This document shows, in pieces, positions 38,431 to 51,900 of a stretch of DNA of 64,000 bases. The position numbers and the translations under genes were made by a program. Source of the stretch: Azolla caroliniana (lineage: Eukaryota > Plantae > Polypodiophyta); assembly GCA_043228905.1 (NCBI GenBank), contig JBHGNT010000040.1:62001-126000 (forward strand), given 5' to 3'. How positions within the stretch are numbered: position 1 is the first letter of the stretch; the number at the start of each line of letters is the position of its first letter. The notes under the pieces were generated by a model. That model searched no databases, was not told where the DNA came from, and saw only the letters and a program-made list of their open reading frames with translations.

Positions 38431-41400
38431 CATGTCATAGCTAGTGTTATTAGCTTCGATTCGCATGATTTGAGCACTAAAATCCGATATCACACGAGCC
38501 AGTTATGAACATTTTAATTTACTCACGCGCTATTCTCAACTCCCTCCTCAAATTTGGTAATTTCTTCATATCTCTCGACCTGAGTTTCAAAATCTTGATT
38601 TTTTAATTCCATATCATATCTAGTGTTGTTAGCTTCGATTCGCATGTTTGAACACTAAAATCAGATATCACTCGAGCCAGGTATGACAATTTTAATTTAC
38701 TCACGCGCTCTTCTCAACTCCCTCCTCTAATTTACTAATTTCTTCATGTCTCTCGACCTGAGTTTCAAAATCTTGATTTTTTAATTCCATATCATAGCTA
38801 GTGTTATTAGCTGCGATTCGCATGATTTGAACACTAAAATCCGATATCACACGAGCCAGTTATGAACATTTTAATTTACTCACGCGCTCTTCTCAACTCC
38901 CTCCTCAAATTTGGTAATTTCTTCATGTCTCTCGACCTGAGTTTTAAAATCTTGATTTTCTAATTCCAAATCATAGCTAGTGTTGTTAGCTTCGATTCGC
39001 ATCTTTGAACACTAAAATCCGATATCACACGAGCCAGGTATGACAACTTTAATTTACTCACGCGCTCTTCTCAACTCCCTCCTCAAATTTGGTAATTTCT
39101 TCATGTCTCTCGACCTGAGTTTCAAAATCTTGATTTTCTAATTTCATATCATAGCTAGTGTTGTTAGCTTCGATTCGCATGATGGAACCCTAAAATCGGA
39201 TATCACACGAGCCAGGTATGAACATTTTAATTTACTCACGTGCTCTTCTCAACTCCCTCCTCTAATTTACTAATTTATTCATGTCTCGTGACCTGTGTTT
39301 CAAAATCTTGATTTTCTAATTCTATATTACAGCTAGTGTTGTTAGCTTCGATTCGCATGTTTGAACACAACAATCCGATATCACACGAGCCAGGTATGAC
39401 AATTTTAATTTACTCACGCAATCTTCTCCACTCCCTCCTCAAATTTGGTAATTTCTTCATGTCTCTCGACCTGAGTTTCAAAATCTGGATTTTCTAATTC
39501 CATATCATAGCTAGTGTTGTTAGCTTCGATTCGCATGTTTGAACACTAAAATCGGATATCACACGAGCCAGGTATGACAATTTTAATTTACTCACGCGAT
39601 CTTCTCAACTCCCTCCTCTAATTTACTAATTTCTTCATGTCTCTCGACCTGAGTTTCGAAATCTGGATTTTCTAATTCCATATCATAGCTAGTGTTGTTA
39701 GCTTCGATTCGCATGTTTGAACACTGAAATCCGATATCACTCGAGCGAGGTATGACAATTTTAATTTACTCACGCGCTCTTCTCAACTCCCTCCTCTAAT
39801 TTACTAATTTCTTCATGTCTCTTGACCTGAGTTTCAAAATCTTGATTTTCTAATTTCATATCATAGCTAGTGTTTTTAGCTTCGATTCGCATGATGGAAC
39901 CCTAAATTCGAATATCACACGAGCCAGGTATGACAATTTTAATTTAGTCACGCTATCTTCTCAACTCCCTCGTCTGATTTACTAATTTCTTCATGTCTCT
40001 TGACCTGAGTTTTAAAATCTTGATTTTCTAATTCCAAATCATAGCTAGTGTTGTTAGCTTCGATTCGCATCTTTGAACACTAAAATCCGATATCACACGA
40101 GCCAGGTATGACAACTTTAATTTACTCACGCGCTCTTCTCAACTCCCTCCTCAAATTTGGTAATTTCTTCATGTCTCTCGACCTGAGTTTCAAAATCTTG
40201 ATTTTCTAATTTCATATCATAGCTAGTGTTGTTAGCTTCGATTCGCATGATGGAACCCTAAAATCGGATATCACACGAGCCAGGTATGAACATTTTAATT
40301 TACTCACGTGCTCTTCTCAACTCCCTCCGCTAATTTACTAATTTATTCATGTCTCGTGACCTGTGTTTCAAAATCTGTATTTTCTAATTCTATATTACAG
40401 CTAGTGTTGTTAGCTTCGATTCGCATGTTTGAACACAACAATCCGATATCACACGAGCCAGGTATGACAATTTTAATTTACTCACGCAATCTTCTCCACT
40501 CCCTCCTCAAATTTGGTAATTTCTTCATGTCTCTCGACCTGAGTTTCAAAATCTTGATTTTCTAATTCCATCTCATAGCTAGTGTTGTTAGCTTCTATTC
40601 GCATGTTTGAACACAAAAATCGGATATCACACGAGCCAGGTATGACAATTTTAATTTACTCACGCAATCTTCTCCACTCCCTCCGCAAATTTGGTAATTT
40701 CTTCATGTCTCTCGACCTGAAGTTTCAAAATCTTGATTTTTTAATTCCATATCATAGCTAGTGTTCTTAGCTGCGATTCGCATGATTTGAACAGTAAAAT
40801 CCGATATCACACGAGCCAGGTAGGAACATTTGAATTTACTCACGCGCTCTTCTCAACTCCCTCCTCTAATTTGCTAATATCTTCATGTCTCTCGACCTGA
40901 GTGTCAAAATCTTGATATTTTAATTCCATATCATAGCTAGTGTTTTTAGCTTCGATTCGCATGTTTGAACACTAAAATCCGATATCACACGAGCCAGGTA
41001 TGACAACTTTAATTTACTCACGCGCTCTTCTCAACTCCCTCCTCTAATTTACTAATTTCTTCATGTCTCTCGACCTGAGTTTCAAAATCTTGATTTTCTA
41101 ATTCCATATCATAGCTAGTGTTGTTAGCTTCGATTCGCATCTTTGAACACTAAAATCCGATATCACACGAGCCAGGTATGACAACTTTAATTTACTCACC
41201 TGCTCTTCTCAACTCCCTCCTCAAATTTGGTAATTTCTTCATGTCTCTCGACCTGAGTTTCAAAATCTTGATTTTCTAATTTCATATCATAGCTAGTGTT
41301 TTAAGCTTCGATTCGCATGATGGAACCCTAAATTCGGATATCACACGACCCAGGTATGACAATTTTAATTTAGTCACGCTATCTTCTCAACTCCCTCGTC

Positions 41401-42499
41401 TGATTTACTAATTTCTTCATGTCTCTTGACCTGAGTTTCAAAATCTGGATTTTCTAATTCCATATCATAGCTAGTGTTGTTAGCTTCGATTCGCATGTTT
41501 GAACACAACAATCCCATATCACACGAGCCAGGTACGAACATTTTAATTTACTCACGCGCTCTTCTCAACTCCCTCCTCTAATTTGCTAATTTCTTCCTGT
41601 CTCTCGACCTGAGTTTCAAAATCTTGATTTTTTAATTCCATATCATAGCTAGTGTTGTTAGCTTCGATTCGCATGTTTGAACACAAAAATCGGATATCAC
41701 ACGAGCCAGGTATGAACATTTTAATTTTCTCACGTGCTCTTCTCAACTCCGTCCTCTAATTTACTAATTTATTCATGTCTCGTTGCCTGAGTTTCAAAAT
41801 CTTGATTTTCTAATTCTATATTACAGCTAGTGTTGTTAGCTTCGATTCGCATGTTTGAACACAACAATCCGATATCACACGAGCCAGGTATGACAATTTT
41901 AATTTACTCACGCAATCTTCTCCACTCCCTCCTCAAATTTGGTAATTTCTTCATGTCTCTCGACCTGAGTTTCAAAATCTTGATTTTCTAATTCCAAATC
42001 ATAGCTAGTGTTGTTAGCTTCGATTCGCATGTTTGAACACAAAAATCGGATATCACACGAGCCAGGTATGACAATTTTAATTTACTCACGCAATCTTCTC
42101 AACTCCCTCCTCTAATTTACTAATTTCTTCATGTCTCTTGACCTGAGTTACGAAATCTGGATTTTCTAATTCCATATCATAGCTAGTGTTGTTAGCTTCG
42201 ATTCGCATGTTTGAACACAACAATCCCATATTACACGAGCCAGGTACGAACATTTTAATTTACTCACGCGCTCTTCTCAACTCCCTCCTCTAATTTGCTA
42301 ATTTCTTCCTGTCTCTCGACCTGAGTTTCAAAATCTTGATTTTTTAATTCCATATCATAGCTAGTGTTGTTAGCTTCGATTCGCATGTTTGAACACAAAA
42401 ATCGGATATCACACGAGCCAGGTATGAACATTTTAATTTTCTCACGTGCTCTTCTCAACTCCCTCCTCTAATTTACTAATTTATTCATGTCTCGTGCCC

Positions 42500-45400
42500 T
42501 GAGTTTCAAAATCTTGATTTTCTAATTCTATATTACAGCTAGTGTTGTTAGCTTCGATTCGCATGTTTGAACACAACAATCCGATATCACACGAGCCAGG
42601 TATGACAATTTTAATTTACTCACGCAATCTTCTCCACTCCCTCCTCAAATTTGGTAATTTCTTCATGTCTCTCGACCTGAGTTTCAAAATCTTGATTTTC
42701 TAATTCCATCTCATAGCTAGTGTTGTTAGCTTCTATTCGCATGTTTGAACACAAAAATCGGATATCACACGAGCCAGGTATGACAATTTTAATTTACTCA
42801 CGCGATCTTCTCAACTCCCTCCTCTAATTTACTAATTTCTTCATGTCTCTTGACCTGAGTTTCGAAATCTGGATTTTCTCATTCCATATCATAGCTAGTG
42901 TTGTTAGCTTCGATTCGCATGTTTGAACACAACAATCCCATATCACACGAGCCAGGTACGAACATTTTAATTTACTCACGCGCTCTTCTCAACTCCCTCC
43001 TCTAATTTGCTAATTTCTTCCTGTCTCTCGACCTGAGTTTCAAAATCTTGATTTTCTAACTCCATATCATAGCTAGTGTTGTTAGCTTCGATTCGCATGT
43101 TTGAACACAAAAATCGGATATCACACGAGCCAGGTAGGACAATTTTAATTTACTCACGCGATCTTCTCAACTCCATCGTCTGATTTACTAATTTCTTCAT
43201 GTCTATTGACCTGAGTTTCAAAATCTGGATTTTCTAATTCCATATCATAGCTAGTGTTGTTAGCTTCGATTCGCATCTTTGAACACTAAAATCCGATATC
43301 ACACAAGCTAGGTATGACAATTTTAATTTACTCACCTGCTCTTCTCAACTCCCTCCTCAATTTTGCTAATTTCTTCCTGTCTCTCGACCTGAGTTTCAAA
43401 ATCTTAATTTTTTAATTCCATATCATAGCTAGTGTTATTAGCTTCGATTCGCATGATGGAACACTAAAATTGAATATCACACGAGCCAGGTATGACAATT
43501 TTAATATACTCACGCGGTCTTCTGAACTCCCTCCTCTAATTTGGTAATTTCTTCATGTCTCTCGACGTGTGTTTGAAAATCTTGATTTTTTAATTCCATA
43601 TCATAGCTAGTGTTGTTAGCTTCGATTTGCATGTTTGAACACTGAAATCCGATATCACTCGAGCCAGGTATGACAATTTTAATTTACTCACGCGCTCTTC
43701 TTAACTCCCTCCTCTAATTTACTAATTTCTTCATGTCTCTTGACCTGAGTTTCAAAATCTTGATTTTTTAATTCCATATCATAGCTAGTGTTATTAGCTT
43801 CGATTCGCATGATGGAACACTAAAATCGGATATCACACGAGCCAGTTATGAACATTTTAATTTACTCACGCGCTCTTCTCAACTCCCTGCTCTAATTTAC
43901 TAATTTCTTCATGTCTCTCGACCTGAGTTTCAAAATCTGGATTTTCTAATTCCATATCATAGCTAGTGTTATTAGCTTCGATTCGCATGATTTGAACACT
44001 AAAATCCGATATCACACGAGCCAGTTATGAACATTTTAATTTACTCACGCGCTCTTCTCAACTCCCTCCTCAAATTTGGTAATTTCTTCATGTCTCTCGA
44101 CCTGAGTTTCAAAATCTTGATTTTTTAATTCCATATCATAGCTAGTGTTATTAGCTGCGATTCGCATGATTTGAACACTAAAATCCGATATCACACGAGC
44201 CAGTTATGAACAATTTAATTTACTCACGCGCTATTCTCAACTGCCTCCTCAAATTTGGTAATTTCTTCATGTCTCTCGACCTGAGTTTCAAAATCTTGAT
44301 TTTCTAATTCCAAATCATAGCTAGTGTTGTTAGCTTCGATTCGCATGTTTGAACACTAAAATCAGATATCACTCGAGCCAGGTAGGAACATTTGAATTTA
44401 CTCACGCGCTCTTCTCAACTCCCTCCTCTAATTTGCTAATTTCTTCATGTCTCTCCACCTGAGTTTCAAAATCTTGATTTTTTAATTCCATATCATAGCT
44501 AGTGTTATTAGCTGCGATTCGCATGATTTGAACACTAAAATCCGATATCACACGAGCCAGTTATGAACATTTTAATTTACTCACGCGCTATTCTCAACTC
44601 CCTCCTCAAATTTGGTAATTTCTTCATGTCTCTCGACCTGAGTTTCAAAATCTTGATTTTCTAATTCCAAATCATAGCTAGTGTTGTTAGCTTCGATTCG
44701 CATGTTTGAACACTAAAATCAGATATCACTCGAGCCAGGTAGGAACTTTGAATTTACTCACGCGCTCTTCTCAACTCCCTCCTCTAATTTGCTAATTTCT
44801 TCATGTCTCTCCACCTGAGTTTCAAAATCTTGATTTTTTAATTCCATATCATAGCTAGTGTTATTAGCTTCGATTCGCATGATTTGAACACTAAAATCCG
44901 ATATCACACGAGCCAGTTATGAACATTTTAATTTACTCACGCGCTATTCTCAACTCCCTCCTCAAATTTGGTAATTTCTTCATGTCTCTCGACCTGAGTT
45001 TCAAAATCTTGATTTTTTAATTCCATATCATATCTAGTGTTGTTAGCTTCGATTCGCATGTTTGAACACTAAAATCAGATATCACTCGAGCCAGGTAGGA
45101 ACATTTGAATTTACTCACGCGCTCTTCTCAACTCCCTCCTCTAATTTGCTAATTTCTTCATGTCTCTCCACCTGAGTTTCAAAATCTTGATTTTTTAATT
45201 CCATATCATAGCTAGTGTTATTAGCTTCGATTCGCATGATTTGAACACTAAAATCCGATATCACACGAGCCAGTTATGAACATTTTAATTTACTCACGCG
45301 CTATTCTCAACTCCCTCCTCAAATTTGGTAATTTCTTCATGTCTCTCGACCTGAGTTTCAAAATCTTGATTTTTTAATTCCATATCATATCTAGTGTTGT

Positions 45401-48400
45401 TAGCTTCGATTCGCATGTTTGAACACAACAATCCCATATCACACGAGCCAAGTACGAATATTTTAATTTACTCACGCGCTCTTCTCAACTGCCTCCCCTG
45501 ATTTACTAATTTCATCATGTCTCTTGACCTGAGTTTCAAAATGTTGATTTTCTAATTTCATATCATAGCTAGTGTTGTTAGCTTCGATTCGCATGTTTGA
45601 ACACTAAAATCAGATATCACTCGAGCCAGGTATGACAATTTTAATTTACTCACGCGCTCTTCTCAACTCCCTCCTCTAATTTACTAATTTCTTCATGTCT
45701 CTCGACCTGAGTTTCAAAATCTTGATTTTCTAATTCTATATTACAGCTAGTGTTGTTAGCTTCGATTCGCATGTTTGAACACAACAATCCGATATCACAC
45801 GAGCCAGGTATGACAATTTTAATTTACTCACGCAATCTTCTCCACTCCCTCCTCAAATTTGGTAATTTCTTCATGTCTCTCGACCTGAGTTTCAAAATCT
45901 TGATTTTCTAATTCCATCTCATAGCTAGTGTTGTTAGCTTCTATTCGCATGTTTGAACACAAAAATCGGATATCACACGAGCCAGGTATGACAATTTTAA
46001 TTTACTCACGCGATCTTCTCAACTCCCTCCTCTAATTTACTAATTTCTTCATGTCTCTTGACCTGAGTTTCGAAATCTGGATTTTCTCATTCCATATCAT
46101 AGCTAGTGTTGTTAGCTTCGATTCGCATGTTTGAACACAACAATCCCATATCACACGAGCCAGGTACGAACATTTTAATTTACTCACGCGCTCTTCTCAA
46201 CTCCCTCCTCTAATTTGCTAATTTCTTCCTGTCTCTCGACCTGAGTTTCAAAATCTTGATTTTTTAACTCCATATCATAGCTAGTGTTGTTAGCTTCGAT
46301 TCGCATGTTTGAACACAAAAATCGGATATCACACGAGCCAGGTAGGACAATTTTAATTTACTCACGCGATCTTCTCAACTCCATCGTCTGATTTACTAAT
46401 TTCTTCATGTCTATTGACCTGAGTTTCAAAATCTGGATTTTCTAATTCCATATCATAGCTAGTGTTGTTAGCTTCGATTCGCATCTTTGAACACTAAAAT
46501 CCGATATCACACAAGCTAGGTATGACAATTTTAATTTACTCACCTGCTCTTCTCAACTCCCTCCTCAATTTTGCTAATTTCTTCCTGTCTCTCGACCTGA
46601 GTTTCAAAATCTTAATTTTTTAATTCCATATCATAGCTAGTGTTATTAGCTTCGATTCGCATGATGGAACACTAAAATTAAATATCACACGAGCCAGGTA
46701 TGACAATTTTAATTTACTCACGCGGTCTTCTGAACTCCCTCCTCTAATTTGGTAATTTCTTCATGTCTCTCGACCTGTGTTTCGAAATCTTGATTTTTTA
46801 ATTCCATATCATAGCTAGTGTTGTTAGCTTCGATTTGCATGTTTGAACACTGAAATCCGATATCACTCGAGCCAGGTAGGAACATTTGAATTTACTCACG
46901 CGCTCTTCTCAACTCCCTCCTCTAATTTGCTAATTTCTTCATGTCTCTCGACCTGAGTTTCAAAATCTTGATTTTTTAATTCCATATCATAGCTAGTGTT
47001 ATTAGCTTCGATTTGCATGATGGAACACTAAAATCGGATATCACACGAGCCAGTTATGAACATTTTAATTTACTCACGCGCTCTTCTCAACTCCCTGCTC
47101 TAATTTACTAATTTCTTCATGTCTCTCGACCTGACTTTCAAAATCTGGATTTTCTAATTCCATATCATAGCTAGTGTTATTAGCTTCGATTCGCATGATT
47201 TGAACACTAAAATCCGATATCACACGAGCCAGTTATGAACATTTTAATTTACTCACGCGCTCTTCTCAACTCCCTCCTCAAATTTGGTAATTTCTTCATG
47301 TCTCTCGACCTGAGTTTCAAAATCTTGATTTTTTAATTCCATATCATAACTAGTGTTATTAGCTGCGATTCGCATGATTTGAACACTAAAATCGGATATC
47401 ACACGAGCCAGTTATGAACAATTTAATTTACTCACGCGCTATTCTCAACTGCCTCCTCAAATTTGGTAATTTCTTCATGTCTCTCGACCTGAGTTTCAAA
47501 ATCTTGATTTTCTAATTCCAAATCATAGCTAGTGTTGTTAGCTTCGATTCGCATGTTTGAACACTAAAATCAGATATCACTCGAGCCAGGTAGGAACATT
47601 TGAATTTACTCACGCGCTCTTCTCAACTCCCTCCTCTAATTTGCTAATTTCTTCATGTCTCTCCACCTGAGTTTCAAAATCTTGATTTTTTAATTCCATA
47701 TCATAGCTAGTGTTATTAGCTGCGATTCGCATGATTTGAACACTAAAATCCGATATCACACGAGCCAGTTATGAACATTTTAATTTACTCACGCGCTATT
47801 CTCAACTCCCTCCTCAAATTTGGTAATTTCTTCATGTCTCTCGACCTGAGTTTCAAAATCTTGATTTTCTAATTCCAAATCATAGCTAGTGTTGTTAGCT
47901 TCGATTCGCATGTTTGAACACTAAAATCAGATATCACTCGAGCCAGGTAGGAACATTTGAATTTACTCACGCGCTCTTCTCAACTCCCTCCTCTAATTTG
48001 CTAATTTCTTCATGTCTCTCCACCTGAGTTTCAAAATCTTGATTTTTTAATTCCATATCATAGCTAGTGTTATTAGCTTCGATTCGCATGATTTGAACAC
48101 TAAAATCCGATATCACACGAGCCAGTTATGAACATTTTAATTTACTCACGCGCTATTCTCAACTCCCTCCTCAAATTTGGTAATTTCTTCATGTCTCTCG
48201 ACCTGAGTTTCAAAATCTTGATTTTCTAATTCCATATCATATCTAGTGTTGTTAGCTTCGATTCGCATGTTTGAACACAACAATCCCATATCACACGAGC
48301 CAAGTACGAATATTTTAATTTACTCACGCGCTCTTCTCAACTGCCTCCCCTGATTTACTAATTTCATCATGTCTCTTGACCTGAGTTTCAAAATGTTGAT
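42500..48400 (+). repeat. Near-tandem duplication ~42500-45560 / ~45720-48400 (18 monomers, offset 3208)
   Basis: attttctcattcc at 42873/46081, ccatcgtctg at 43173/46381, and ccctgctcta. The offset falls to 2852 at the end because the second copy has two fewer monomers. Confidence 0.85.
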
Positions 48401-48999
48401 TTTCTAATTCCATATCATAGCTAGTGTTATTAGCTGCGATTCGCATGATTTGAACACTAAAATCCGATATCACACGAGCCAGTTATGAACATTTTAATTT
48501 ACTCACGCGCTCTTCTCAACTCCCTCCTCAAATTTGGTAATTTCTTCATGTCTCTCCACCTGAGTTTTAAAATCTTGATTTTCTAATTCCAAATCATAGC
48601 TAGTGTTGTTAGCTTCGATTCGCATGATTTGAACACTAAAATCCGATATCACACGAGCCAGTTATGAACATTTTAATTTACTCACGCGCTCTTCTCAACT
48701 CCCTCCTCTAATTTACTAATTTATTCATGTCTCGTGACCTGTGTTTCAAAATCTTGATTTTCTAATTCTATATTACAGCTAGTGTTGTTAGCTTCGATTC
48801 GCATGTTTGAACACAACAATCCGATATCACACGAGCCAGGTATGACAATTTTAATTTACTCACGCAATCTTCTCCACTCCCTCCTCAAATTTGGTAATTT
48901 CTTCATGTCTCTCGACCTGAGTTTCAAAATCTGGATTTTCTAATTCCATATCATAGCTAGTGTTATTAGCTTCGATTCGCATGATTTGAACACTAAAAT

Positions 49000-51900
49000 C
49001 GGATATCACACGAGCCAGTTATGAACATTTTAATTTACTCACGCGCTCTTCTCAACTCCCTCCTCTAATTTGCTAATTTCTTCATGTCTCTCGACCTGAG
49101 TTTCAAAATCTTGATTTTTTAATTCCATATCATAGCTAGTGTTATTAGCTGCGATTCGCATGATTTGAACACTAAAATCCGATATCACACGAGCCAGTTA
49201 TAAACATTTTAATTTACTCACGCGCTATTCTCAACTCCCTCCTCAAATTTGGTAATTTCTTCATGTCTCTCGACCTGAGTTTCAAAATCTTGATTTTTTA
49301 ATTCCATATCATATCTAGTGTTGTTAGCTTCGATTCGCATGTTTGAACACAACAATCCCATATCACACGAGCCAAGTACGAACATTTTAATTTACTCACG
49401 CGCTCTTCTCAACTGCCTCCCCTGATTTACTAATTTCATCATGTCTCTCGACCTGAGTTTCAAAATCTTGATTTTCTAATTCCATATCATAGCTAGTGTT
49501 ATTAGCTTCGATTCGCATGATGGAACACTAAAATTGAATATCACACGAGCCAGGTATGACAATTTTAATTTACTCACGCGGTCTTCTGAACTCCCTCCTC
49601 TAATTTGCTAATTTTTTCATGTCTCTCGACCTGTGTTTCAAAATCTTGATTTTTTAATTCCATATCATAGCTAGTGTTGTTAGCTTCGATTTGCATGTTT
49701 GAACACTGAAATCCGATATCACTCGAGCCAGGTATGACAATTTTAATTTACTCACGCGCTTTTCTTAACTCCCTCCTCTAATTTACTAATTTCTTCATGT
49801 CTCTTGACCTGAGTTTCAAAATCTTGATTTTTTAATTCCATATCATAGCTAGTGTTATTAGCTTCGATTCGCATGATGGAACACTAAAATCGGATATCAC
49901 ACGAGCCAGTTATGAACATTTTAATTTACTCACGCGCTCTTCTCAACTCCCTCCTCTAATTTGCTAATTTCTTCATGTCTCTCGACCTGAGTTTCAAAAT
50001 CTTGATTTTTTAATTCCATATCATAGCTAGTGTTATTAGCTGCGATTCGCATGATTTGAACACTAAAATCCGATATCACACGAGCCAGTTATGAACATTT
50101 TAATTTACTCACGCGCTATTCTCAACTCCCTCCTCAAATTTGGTAATTTCTTCATGTCTCTCGACCTGAGTTTCAAAATCTTGATTTTCTAATTCCAAAT
50201 CATAGCTAGTGTTGTTAGCTTCGATTCGCATGTTTGAACACTAAAATCAGATATCACTCGAGCCAGGTAGGAACATTTGAATTTACTCACGCGCTCTTCT
50301 CAACTCCCTCCTCTAATTTGCTAATTTCTTCATGTCTCTCGACCTGAGTTTCAAAATCTTGATTTTTTAATTCCATATCATAGTTAGTGTTATTAGCTTC
50401 GATTCGCATGATTTGAACACTAAAATCCGATATCACACGAGCCAGTTATAAACATTTTAATTTACTCACGCGCTATTCTCAACTCCCTCCTCAAATTTGG
50501 TAATTTCTTCATGTCTCTCGACCTGAGTTTCAAAATCTTGATTTTTTAATTCCATATCATATCTAGTGTTGTTAGCTTCGATTCGCATGTTTGAACACAA
50601 CAATCCCATATCACACGAGCCAAGTACGAACATTTTAATTTACTCACGCGCTCTTCTCAACTGCCTCCCCTGATTTACTAATTTCATCATGTCTCTCGAC
50701 CTGAGTTTCAAAATCTTGATTTTCTAATTCCATATCATAGCTAGTGTTATTAGCTTCGATTCGCATGATGGAACACTAAAATTGAATATGACAATTTTAA
50801 TTTACTCACGCGGTCTTCTGAACTCCCTCCTCTAATTTGCTAATTTTTTCATGTCTCTCGACCTGTGTTTCAAAATCTTGATTTTTTAATTCCATATCAT
50901 AGCTAGTGTTGTTAGCTTCGATTTGCATGTTTGAACACTGAAATCCGATATCACTCGAGCCAGGTATGACAATTTTAATTTACTCACGCGCTCTTCTTAA
51001 CTCCCTCCTCTAATTTACTAATTTCTTCATGTCTCTTGACCTGAGTTTCAAAATCTTGATTTTTTAATTCCATATCATAGCTAGTGTTATTAGCTTCGAT
51101 TCGCATGATGGAACACTAAAATCGGATATCACACGAGCCAGTTATGAACATTTTAATTTACTCACGCGCTCTTCTCAACTCCCTCCTCTAATTTAATAAT
51201 TTCTTCATGTCTCTCGACCTGAGTTTCAAAATCTGGATTTTCTAATTCCATATCATAGCTAGTGTTATTAGCTTCGATTCGCATGATTTGAACACTAAAA
51301 TCCGATATCACACGAGCCAGGTAGGAACATTTGAATTTACTCACGCGCTCTTCTCAACTCCCTCCTCTAATTTGCTAATTTCTTCATGTCTCTCGACCTG
51401 AGTTTCAAAATCTTGATTTTTTAATTCCATATCATAGCTAGTGTTATTAGCTTCGATTCGCATGATTTGAACACTAAAATCCGATATCACACGAGCCAGT
51501 TATAAACATTTTAATTTACTCACGCGCTATTCTCAACTCCCTCCTCAAATTTGGTAATTTCTTCATGTCTCTCGACCTGAGTTTCAAAATCTTGATTTTT
51601 TAATTCCATATCATATCTAGTGTTGTTAGCTTCGATTCGCATGTTTGAACACAACAATCCCATATCACACGAGCCAAGTACGAACATTTTAATTTACTCA
51701 CGCGCTCTTCTCAACTGCCTCCCCTGATTTACTAATTTCATCATGTCTCTCGACCTGAGTTTCAAAATCTTGATTTTCTAATTCCATATCATAGCTAGTG
51801 TTATTAGCTTCGATTCGCATGATGGAACACTAAAATTGAATATCACACGAGCCAGGTATGACAATTTTAATTTACTCACGCGGTCTTCTGAACTCCCTCC

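Noticed and set aside
40308-40565. 85-aa hydrophobic plus-strand ORF
   Set aside because: It lies entirely in satellite and is open by chance through variant monomers.
15694-51344. Seven similar 60-64-aa minus-strand ORFs (MSKLK.../MRRAREK...)
   Set aside because: Each spans about one satellite monomer, uses a non-ATG start, and arises where SNPs or a 179-bp variant remove stops. The 178-bp period does not preserve frame, so these are not a gene family.
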